NCBI GenBank assembly: GCA_039714615.1
Contig: JBDLIZ010000002.1
Span: 1 to 32,002, forward strand
Source of the DNA: Pseudomonadota bacterium
GTDB lineage: Bacteria; Pseudomonadota; Gammaproteobacteria; JAAEPA01
Reading direction: 5' to 3'
DNA: 32,002 bases
Positions 24,799 to 32,002 of the stretch are shown here, in pieces (within the stretch, counting starts at the first letter, position 1; each line of letters starts with the position of its first letter). The notes beneath the pieces were generated by a model. The model did no database searches, was not told the DNA's origin, and worked only from the letters and a program-made list of their open reading frames with translations. The translations under genes were made by a program, and so were the position numbers.

Positions 24799-25398
24799 TC
24801 ATTCCCTGGCCATCACCAACAGGGTATCGATCTTGTTTTTACTTAGTTTGGCGCGGATTCGATTGAGTTGTTTACGATTGTTATAAGGCCCGATTCTGAC
24901 CCGGTACCAGGTACTACGATCCACACGAACTCTCTGAATATTGGATTCGACGCCCAGCAGGGCGAGTTGCGCCTTGAGGCTGTCGGCCTCATGGGGCTTT
25001 TGAAAAGATCCAACCTGCAAAATATAGGCGGGCGAAGAACGGGAAGGAGACTTTTTGCTATCCCGAGAAGCATCGGTTGCAGCAGGCCGAGAAATCTGTT
25101 GAGTTTGCTCTTGGCTAGGTGTCTCCGGAACCAAGACCTCTAACTCTGGAAGCAGGGTGTAAAAATCAAACTTGCGTCGCGTAGCCGGGGATGCCTCTTG
25201 AGACTGTTCGATAGCTCGGTCTTGAATTTCAGGGACTGGACTGAAGGCCGCGTGCCGGCTCTTCTTCAACGCCTGTTGGCCATTGAGATAGATAAAAAAC
25301 GCCACCACAAGTCCAACGGCCAACCCCATTATAAACCATAACCAGCCGGGTAACGGCTTGCCAGACTTGCGGTGAAGGTTTTTGTAATCCCTAGTCAT
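24799..25398 (-). CDS. SPOR domain-containing cell-division-type protein (FtsN-like architecture)
   Basis: 199 aa with a cytoplasmic N-terminus, one TM helix (WLWFIMGLAVGLVVAFFIYL), a low-complexity linker and a C-terminal SPOR domain (YILQVGSFQKPHEADSLKAQLALLG...WYRVRIGPY). It starts 2 nt after the argS stop, as in Pseudomonas. Confidence 0.85.
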   Translation of the reverse strand: MTRDYKNLHRKSGKPLPGWLWFIMGLAVGLVVAFFIYLNGQQALKKSRHAAFSPVPEIQDRAIEQSQEASPATRRKFDFYTLLPELEVLVPETPSQEQTQQISRPAATDASRDSKKSPSRSSPAYILQVGSFQKPHEADSLKAQLALLGVESNIQRVRVDRSTWYRVRIGPYNNRKQLNRIRAKLSKNKIDTLLVMARE

Positions 25399-25400
25399 AT

Positions 25401-27155
25401 CTACATGGTTTCCGGAGCTGATATACCCAGCAAAGATAAACCATTGTGGATGACTTGACGGGCAGCGAGTATTAGCATGAGCCGAGCATTGCGCAAAGCG
25501 CCATCATCGACAAGAAACTGGTGGGCATTGTAATAAGTGTGAAAAGCATTGGCGAGCTCTCTAAGAAAATGGGCCAATTGGTGAGGCTCCCGATTGAGCG
25601 CGGCCAATTCCACAACTTCTGGATAACGCGCGAGTTGCACACTCAGCGCCTGCTCGTGGTGCTCGTTAAGGCGTTGCAAATCGGCGCTGCTTGCATCGAA
25701 GCTCAAACCTTTCTCTTCCAGCTGGTGCATTACGCTGCAGATTCGCGCATGGGCATATTGGATGTAATAGACTGGATTATCGGCCGATTTCGATTTAGCA
25801 AGATCCAAATCGAAATCTAGGTGTTGCTCGCATTTTCGCACAACGTAAAAAAAACGGGCGGCATCCTTACCCACCTCTTTGCGTAATTGACGCAAAGTGA
25901 CAAATTCACCAGACCGGGTCGACATCTGAACCTTCTCACCACCACGGTAGAGATTGGCGAATTGCACCAACAGCACATCGAGCTTTGACGACTGATCTCC
26001 CAGGGCCTCCAAGGCCGCCCTGATCCTGGGAACATAGCCATGATGATCCGCCCCCCAGACATCGATCACCTCATCATAGCCTCTTTCGAGCTTATCCATA
26101 TGATAAGCAACATCTGAGGCGAAATAGGTGCTCTGACCATTCTCTCGCACCAACACGCGATCCTTTTCATCGCCAAAGGCCGTGGAGCGAAACCACAAGG
26201 CCAGATCCTTCTCATACACATGGCCTGCTTCACGCAACCGCTCTACAGCAAGATGAACTGCACCACGTTCAACCAGGGTTTTTTCTGAATACCATTCGTC
26301 GTAAACGACGCCAAACCTCTCAAGGTCATCGCGAATATCATCCAAAATAACATTCAACGCCAGCTCAAAAACGAACCGATAACGATTGTCCCCCAACAAC
26401 GCCTTGGTGCGCGACACAAGGGCGTCGATATGGCGCTCTTTGTCTCCACCGCCAGATTCATCGGGGGGAATACCGCGAAATATTTCTGCCGCGCTATGAC
26501 GGTAGATCTCACCATGGTCTCGGTGCAAGGTCGCGGCAATATCCCAAACATAATCGCCTTGATAACCGTTAGCGGGAAATGCAAACTCCTCGCCGGTCAG
26601 CTCAAGGTAACGCAGCCATACCGATGCACCAAGAATATCCATTTGTCGACCGGCGTCATTCACGTAATATTCCCGATGAACCCGACACCCGATGGCCTCC
26701 AATAAATTGGCCAGCGTTGCCCCATATGCCGCACCGCGACCGTGCCCTACATGTAAAGGACCGGTAGGATTTGCAGACACAAATTCGACTTGGACTCGCC
26801 TGTTGTTACCTATTTTGCTTTCTCCGAAACGCGCTCCCTGACTCAGGATGCTCTTAACGATGGAAAGGTAGGCCCCTGCCCGCAGATAAAAATTGATAAA
26901 ACCCGGACCGGCGATCTGCACCTTGTCGATATCGGGCGAATCGGGCAGCTGTTGGACAATGGCTTGGGCAATTTCGCGCGGCGCTCGCCGCGCCACCCTG
27001 GCCAGCGACATGGCGACGTTACAGGCAAAATCACCATGGGCCTTATTTCTGGTACGGGTAATCTGTATTTGTTGGCCCACACTACCGGGCAAGGTCCCAT
27101 CGGCCTGTAAACTTTCGATCGCCGCTTGAACCAATATGCGAATTTTCTCTTTCAC
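25401..27155 (-). CDS. argS: Arginine--tRNA ligase
   Basis: 584 aa with a GTG start. Class I signatures are [13 protein letters not shown] (HIGH) and QMSTRSG (KMSKS-like), plus the C-terminal DALR anticodon-binding pattern. Confidence 0.95.
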   Translation of the reverse strand: MKEKIRILVQAAIESLQADGTLPGSVGQQIQITRTRNKAHGDFACNVAMSLARVARRAPREIAQAIVQQLPDSPDIDKVQIAGPGFINFYLRAGAYLSIVKSILSQGARFGESKIGNNRRVQVEFVSANPTGPLHVGHGRGAAYGATLANLLEAIGCRVHREYYVNDAGRQMDILGASVWLRYLELTGEEFAFPANGYQGDYVWDIAATLHRDHGEIYRHSAAEIFRGIPPDESGGGDKERHIDALVSRTKALLGDNRYRFVFELALNVILDDIRDDLERFGVVYDEWYSEKTLVERGAVHLAVERLREAGHVYEKDLALWFRSTAFGDEKDRVLVRENGQSTYFASDVAYHMDKLERGYDEVIDVWGADHHGYVPRIRAALEALGDQSSKLDVLLVQFANLYRGGEKVQMSTRSGEFVTLRQLRKEVGKDAARFFYVVRKCEQHLDFDLDLAKSKSADNPVYYIQYAHARICSVMHQLEEKGLSFDASSADLQRLNEHHEQALSVQLARYPEVVELAALNREPHQLAHFLRELANAFHTYYNAHQFLVDDGALRNARLMLILAARQVIHNGLSLLGISAPETM

Positions 27156-27342
27156 CCTTATTCCCTTACTTGAATTATCTGCAAATCATGCAATTCTAGT
27201 TGAACTCGGCTCTGTTGACATTGGTGCATCGATTTTATTTATGTGGGATTTGCGTGCTGACGAGGTATTTTTTTAGGGGCCGATTATTCCATGTTACACC
27301 TAAGAACAGGGTCGAAAGGACTTGACAGACTAAAACCCGTCA

Positions 27343-29553
27343 CTAAGAAAGATCAATAGGATCCACATCCAGAGACCAGCGGACTTTGCGGGTACTGCGC
27401 ATCGACTTAAATATTTTTATCCATTCATCGAGCAGATCCATGAGCGGGCCACGTTGCTCCGCAATAGCCAATAGATGAACCCGATACATTCCCGATCGCC
27501 TTTCCATAGGTGGTGGCGCCGGACCCAGGATGTTCAGCCCTTGGCAGAGGGCCTTGGTAGTTGAGGATCGAACCTGTTCCAGAAAGGCCTGGGGAGCATG
27601 CGGTTGCGTACCCTCGGCACGCAACAGGGCCATATGTCTATAAGGGGGAAGATCGGCGCTGCGCCGGTCCCGCAGCGCAGCCTCGCCGAAGGCCTCATAT
27701 CCTCTGGACAACAAGAGCTGCAGCAACGGGTGCTCAGGTTGATGAGTCTGCAATATCACCTTGCCAGGTTTACCGGCCCGGCCCGCACGACCGGCGACCT
27801 GAACGATCAACTGCGCCAGCCGCTCGGTGGCACGAAAATCGGTGCTGTATAGCCCGTAATCCACGTTTACGATGCCCACTAAGGTCACCTCTGGAAAATC
27901 GTGACCTTTGGACAACATCTGGGTACCAATCAGTATCCGATGTTCGCCTCGATGAATCTGCTCCAATTTGGTCTGCATCTCACCTCGGCGACGCGTGGTA
28001 TCCCGGTCGATGCGGATGATGGAGGTATCGTTAAACCGCTGTCTAAGCCCCTGCTCCAAACGTTCGGTCCCAGCGCCTAACTCACGCAAATCTGGGCTCC
28101 CACAGTCCGGACAGGTTTGAGGGCGAGACCGCTGCGCCCCACAGTGATGACAGCGCAGCGACCGATGAGCCACATGCACGGTCATAAAGGCATCACAGCG
28201 TTCACAACTTACGGCCCAGCCGCATTGATGACAAATGAGCACTGGCGCGAAACCGCGCCGATTAAGGAACAGTAACACCTGCCCATCGGCCTCCAAGTGA
28301 CGATACATCTCCTCAAACAGTGGTTTGGAAACCCCGTCCTCGATCTCCTGGGATCTGATGTCGATGACCTCGAACCCTGGCAGACTGGCCCCTCCCGCCC
28401 GCTCTCGCAGCTTGAGGAGCCGGTATCTGTGGAGTTGAACGTTGCGCAGACTTTCCAGAGAAGGTGTCGCCGAGCCGAGCAGCACCGGGATGCCATACTG
28501 CCTGGCCCGGTATACCGAGATATCCCTCGCATTGTAACGAAAGCCTTCCTGCTGTTTGAAGGAAGCATCGTGTTCCTCGTCGACGATGATCAATCCCGGC
28601 CGTGCTAACGGGGTAAAAACAGCAGAGCGCGTACCGATGACTACCCCGGCCTCACCCAAGCCCGCCATATACCAGGCACAATGGCGCTGACCATCGGACA
28701 ATCCAGAATGCAAAACGGCGAGAGGCTGCGAAAAACGACGGCGAAACCGGTTGACGAGCTGCGGAGTAAGCCCAATCTCTGGAACCAGCACCAATACCTG
28801 CCGACCCTTCTTCAACAGCTGGTCCGCGAGATTCAGATAGACCTCGGTCTTGCCGCTACCGGTCACCCCGTCCAATAGAAACGCAGTAAACTCCTCTAAG
28901 CGCGCGCTAACGGCGTTGACCACATGAGATTGCTGGCCATTGAGCTGCGGAGCATGATCCGCATGACCATGATCAGGTACCAGGCAGGGTCGATTAGTTT
29001 TTTGTACTAGCCCCTTTAGGGACAGACCCTTCATGGCTGGGTGCCAATGATATTGCAACTGATGCAGCTCGCAACCCCCTAGACCGGCGGGAGACTTATT
29101 CAACAGCTGTAACAATGCGAACTGTTTTGGAGCCCGTTTGAGCTGATCGGGAGTAATCAGGCGGCCCTGGTCCGTAATCCGCCATACCACTTCGCCTTCC
29201 ACCACTGCCTTTTGACCCTGACGTAAGCGTTTGGGCAAGGCGGTGCTGACCACCTCGCCGATAGGAAAGTGATAATAAGCACTCGACCATCGCAACAGCT
29301 CCAACAATTTCTGCTCGAGGACAGGTGCGGAATCCAGGACGTCGACTACCCGTTTCAGTCGATTTTGCGCAACTCGACTCTGATAGCTCAGCCCCATGAT
29401 CACGCCGATTGCCTGGCGCCGCCCGAAGTTCACTCTAACCCTCATTCCAACTTTGATACCCCCCCCTGCAGATCCAAGAGGTGGAAGATAATCGAAGGTG
29501 TCATACAACGGCGAGGGTACTGCAACCTGGAGAATCAGCGGTCCTGACATCAT
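27343..29553 (-). CDS. priA: Primosomal protein N' (replication restart helicase PriA)
   Basis: 736 aa with Walker A GVTGSGKTEVY, DEEHD, and the Cys-rich zinc module CHQCGW..CERCD...CHHCG...CPDCG. Confidence 0.95.
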   Translation of the reverse strand: MMSGPLILQVAVPSPLYDTFDYLPPLGSAGGGIKVGMRVRVNFGRRQAIGVIMGLSYQSRVAQNRLKRVVDVLDSAPVLEQKLLELLRWSSAYYHFPIGEVVSTALPKRLRQGQKAVVEGEVVWRITDQGRLITPDQLKRAPKQFALLQLLNKSPAGLGGCELHQLQYHWHPAMKGLSLKGLVQKTNRPCLVPDHGHADHAPQLNGQQSHVVNAVSARLEEFTAFLLDGVTGSGKTEVYLNLADQLLKKGRQVLVLVPEIGLTPQLVNRFRRRFSQPLAVLHSGLSDGQRHCAWYMAGLGEAGVVIGTRSAVFTPLARPGLIIVDEEHDASFKQQEGFRYNARDISVYRARQYGIPVLLGSATPSLESLRNVQLHRYRLLKLRERAGGASLPGFEVIDIRSQEIEDGVSKPLFEEMYRHLEADGQVLLFLNRRGFAPVLICHQCGWAVSCERCDAFMTVHVAHRSLRCHHCGAQRSRPQTCPDCGSPDLRELGAGTERLEQGLRQRFNDTSIIRIDRDTTRRRGEMQTKLEQIHRGEHRILIGTQMLSKGHDFPEVTLVGIVNVDYGLYSTDFRATERLAQLIVQVAGRAGRAGKPGKVILQTHQPEHPLLQLLLSRGYEAFGEAALRDRRSADLPPYRHMALLRAEGTQPHAPQAFLEQVRSSTTKALCQGLNILGPAPPPMERRSGMYRVHLLAIAEQRGPLMDLLDEWIKIFKSMRSTRKVRWSLDVDPIDLS

Positions 29554-29668
29554 TGGCTAGAATTCAGCGTTGACGAAGCGAGTATACGAAACGAAATAGG
29601 CAGCCTATACGCACCCAGGATATACCGGGCACCGCCTTAATATAGATTAGCTCTAGTTAAAAAGAGGG

Positions 29669-29703
29669 TTATCCACAAAAACTGTGGATAACTTTGTGGA
29701 TTA
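29669..29703. promoter_or_regulatory. Cluster of three DnaA boxes (one forward, two reverse)
   Basis: TTATCCACA at 29669-77 (perfect consensus), TGTGGATAA at 29683-91 (perfect, reverse orientation) and TGTGGATTA at 29695-703 (one mismatch, reverse). A tract of about 30% G+C follows directly. Confidence 0.75.
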
Positions 29704-30099
29704 GTTGTCATAAACCTGCAGATAATGACACTAATGGTCCTTTAATCAAAACAAACATATCCCACGAAAACTAAATAATAGGCTTATTAATCAATAAATT
29801 ATATACACCAGACTGATCGACGCACAAACCCGTCGACAACATATAGTGCAAAAATCGGGCATAATGCATTTTGTGCATAAAATGATATTTTTCATCGATT
29901 TGACCTTGACAAACCTAGACTTCAGTGCGCTCTTATATGCGCAACCAGCCGTAGGTCGAGGCTAAGTGTTTGATCCTGAGCGACTTGAGAATTGACCGTA
30001 CTTTGCATGGTGAGCAACTTTCCGCCCGGGAGAGGATCATATTATCGGATTATCAAGCCAGATTGAATAAGACCCTCAGCCCAGTAGCCTGTCCAAGGT

Positions 30100-30127
30100 T
30101 TGCATTTCCCCTGGGTTTGCATATAAA
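30100..30127 (+). promoter_or_regulatory. Candidate sigma70 promoter for the HNH endonuclease gene
   Basis: TTGCAT (30100-05), a 16-bp spacer, then TATAAA (30122-27), about 40 nt upstream of the GTG start. This is a sequence match only. Confidence 0.3.
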
Positions 30128-30166
30128 TTGCCCAGTAGCAGATCCTGTCCTTTGGAGGTGATCATC

Positions 30167-30757
30167 GTGTACGACTTGACTCAACAGGTACTGCGTACCG
30201 ACAAATCAGGCATGCCGTTGGAATGGATCGGCTATCAGGAGGCGGTGCGCCTCTACTATACCGATCAGGTCGCGTATTATTGCGGAACCGCCCTGTATCG
30301 AATCCATGGCGGTATTAGCGCCTGCACCGGTGCTCAAAGTGTCATCGAGATCAATTCAATCATTGCCACTAACGGCAGCAATAGATCAATACTCCATGAC
30401 TACGTCCCTCCGTTGAACAACCCTGCACTGTTCAGACGTGATGCGCAGCTCTGCCTGTATTGCGGTATTGCTTACCGCGATAAAGAACTCTCCAGGGACC
30501 ACGTCAGGCCATTGAGCTGGGGTGGCAAAGATCATTGGAACAACGTAGTCTCTGCCTGCAAACGTTGCAACAATCACAAGGCAGGGCGGACCCCGGAGGA
30601 GGCAGGGATGGAGTTACTGGCCATACCCTTTACGCCTACCCATGCCGAATACATCTACCTGCAGGGGCACAGGGTATTAGCTGATCAAATGGAGTTCCTG
30701 ATGGCCCACTTCCCGCGCAGTAGCCCATTGCACGAGCGCCTGCGCAACAGGATTTAA
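30167..30757 (+). CDS. HNH endonuclease family protein
   Basis: 196 aa from a GTG preceded by GGAGG at an 8-nt spacing. The HNH/zinc motif is CLYCG...SRDHVRPLSWGGKDHWNNVVSACKRCNNHKAG. Confidence 0.85.
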   Translation: MYDLTQQVLRTDKSGMPLEWIGYQEAVRLYYTDQVAYYCGTALYRIHGGISACTGAQSVIEINSIIATNGSNRSILHDYVPPLNNPALFRRDAQLCLYCGIAYRDKELSRDHVRPLSWGGKDHWNNVVSACKRCNNHKAGRTPEEAGMELLAIPFTPTHAEYIYLQGHRVLADQMEFLMAHFPRSSPLHERLRNRI

Positions 30758-30812
30758 TTTAAATCTAGATCCTGCAAGTGATCTCACTACACCATTAAAA
30801 ATTTACCAAGAT

Positions 30813-31853
30813 ATGAAATACCGCAGGGAATCCGAAGCAAGGCACAACAGTAAATCCCGTATCGGTGTGCTGTTGGTCAACCTCGGCACCCCGGATGCTC
30901 CGACCACAGCCGCCGTACGTCGTTATCTGGCCCAATTTCTCTGGGACCCTCGGGTGGTGGAGATCCCCAGGATACTTTGGTGGCCGATACTCCATCTGAT
31001 CATTCTCAACACTCGCCCGGCAAAAAGCGCGAAGCTCTACCGCAAGATCTGGACAGCACAAGGTTCACCGCTGCTGATAAATTCGCAACGCCAGTGTGAA
31101 GCCATAGCCTATCGTCTTCAGCAACGATTCCATGACCGTATCGCGGTATCGTTGGCGATGCGCTACGGACAACCATCGATCCCCAAGGGCTTGGAGCGAC
31201 TCCATGAGGCCGGGGCCAGAAAGCTTCTTGTCCTCCCCCTCTACCCTCAATACTCCGCAACAACGACCGCATCGACCTTCGACGCGCTTGCCGATGAGAT
31301 GAGGACGCGGCGAAGGTTGCCCGAGATACGGTTTATTTATGGTTATTGCGATGAACCGAATTATATCAAGGCCCTTGCCGCTAGGATTGAACAGGGGTGG
31401 CAGCAGCATGGCCGGGCGAAGCTCTTGTTACTCTCTTACCATGGCCTCCCCAGACGCTGCCATGAACTGGGAGACCCCTATTATCGGGAATGTCATAAAA
31501 CCTCGAAACTACTCGCCGAGCTACTCTGTCTTGAGGATACCCAATGGCGCACCAGCTTCCAGTCACGCATGGGACGATTGGAATGGCTCAAGCCCTACAC
31601 CGATAAGACACTTGAACAGTTGCCCGCGGAGGGAATTAAATCGGTCAGTGTGTTCTGCCCTGGATTTGCCGCGGATTGCCTAGAAACACTCGAAGAGATT
31701 GCGATGGGGAATCGGGAACTGTTTCTGGCAGCCGGTGGGAAGCGGTTCAGCTACATCCCCGCACTGAACGACAGCGTGGAACATATCGATGCCCTGACTA
31801 GCCTGATTCTACGCCATATCGAGGGTTGGCCACAGCGCTGCGGCGCACGGTGA
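30813..31853 (+). CDS. hemH: Ferrochelatase
   Basis: 346 aa, colinear with E. coli HemH: GVLLVNLGTPDAPT, LPLYPQYS, LLLSYHG.P, FQSR.G...WL.PYTD, CPGFAADCLETLEEI. Confidence 0.95.
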   Translation: MKYRRESEARHNSKSRIGVLLVNLGTPDAPTTAAVRRYLAQFLWDPRVVEIPRILWWPILHLIILNTRPAKSAKLYRKIWTAQGSPLLINSQRQCEAIAYRLQQRFHDRIAVSLAMRYGQPSIPKGLERLHEAGARKLLVLPLYPQYSATTTASTFDALADEMRTRRRLPEIRFIYGYCDEPNYIKALAARIEQGWQQHGRAKLLLLSYHGLPRRCHELGDPYYRECHKTSKLLAELLCLEDTQWRTSFQSRMGRLEWLKPYTDKTLEQLPAEGIKSVSVFCPGFAADCLETLEEIAMGNRELFLAAGGKRFSYIPALNDSVEHIDALTSLILRHIEGWPQRCGAR

Positions 31854-31996
31854 TCGTAGCGAGGGAAAGACAGTTTGAGACAGATTTTTCGATCCTTTGA
31901 GGCGAATAGCCATAGCGTGTAACGAGAAGGATCGGGAAATCTGTCCAAATCCGGTTTTTCCGCAGCAGATCAGCCCTAAGTCCGGCAGACTCCTAG
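31852..31996 (-). mobile_element. Inverted, 5'-truncated copy of the MITE-like element, lacking one terminal inverted repeat
   Basis: About 90% identical by eye to the reverse complement of 23147-23293. It begins at GATCGTAGCGAGGGAAAG immediately inside the hemH stop codon and ends with ...GGCAGACTCCTAG. Confidence 0.85.
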
Positions 31997-32002
31997 TTCC
32001 GA

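Noticed and set aside
29669-29830. Calling the DnaA-box/AT-rich region the chromosomal origin oriC
   Set aside because: Only three boxes were found. There is no obvious cluster of GATC sites or 13-mer repeats, and none of dnaA, dnaN, gidA or mioC is nearby. It is reported as a DnaA-binding regulatory candidate instead.
31751-31948. A 65-aa ORF on the minus strand overlapping the hemH 3' end and the repeat element
   Set aside because: It lies mostly inside the MITE-like repeat, and equivalent reading frames are not preserved in the other copies.

Overview
All calls come from reading the sequence and ORF track and from motif memory; no database search was run.

The window looks like chromosomal DNA from a sulfur-oxidising gammaproteobacterium. 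This is inferred from a dissimilatory-type ATP sulfurylase very close to the Riftia-symbiont/Allochromatium type, and from the Pseudomonas-like synteny priA-argS-SPOR gene.

**Confidently recognised core genes:** sat, hrpA, yaaA, a TlpA-like redoxin, nadA, argS, a SPOR-domain gene, priA and hemH.

**Accessory or unusual content between them:**
- A DUF4160/DUF2442 toxin-antitoxin-like pair bracketed by inverted motif copies. It sits next to a perfect 10-bp x10 tandem array.
- A roughly 1,360-aa membrane protein made of two homologous halves, divergent from sat.
- Two sugar-type ABC permease genes with no binding-protein or ATPase gene nearby. They are followed by a 1,069-aa secreted discoidin-domain / six-hairpin-glycosidase-like protein.
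- An AT-rich insertion (about 11.9-14.2 kb). It carries a transposase remnant, a FeeM-like acyltransferase-PilZ fusion bounded by 16-bp direct repeats, a small lipoprotein and a nested hairpin.
- An 11-bp x7 tandem array downstream of a small-protein/HTH pair.
- A Nudix-fold protein with a degenerate Nudix box, next to an EEP-family nuclease/phosphatase.
- A roughly 169-bp palindromic MITE-like element with one full and two truncated copies. Two copies abut gene boundaries.
- An orphan 418-aa coiled-coil protein.
- Three consensus-like DnaA boxes (one forward, two reverse) next to a ~30% G+C tract upstream of priA.
- An HNH endonuclease with a repeat-containing leader.

No rRNA, intact tRNA or CRISPR array was seen.
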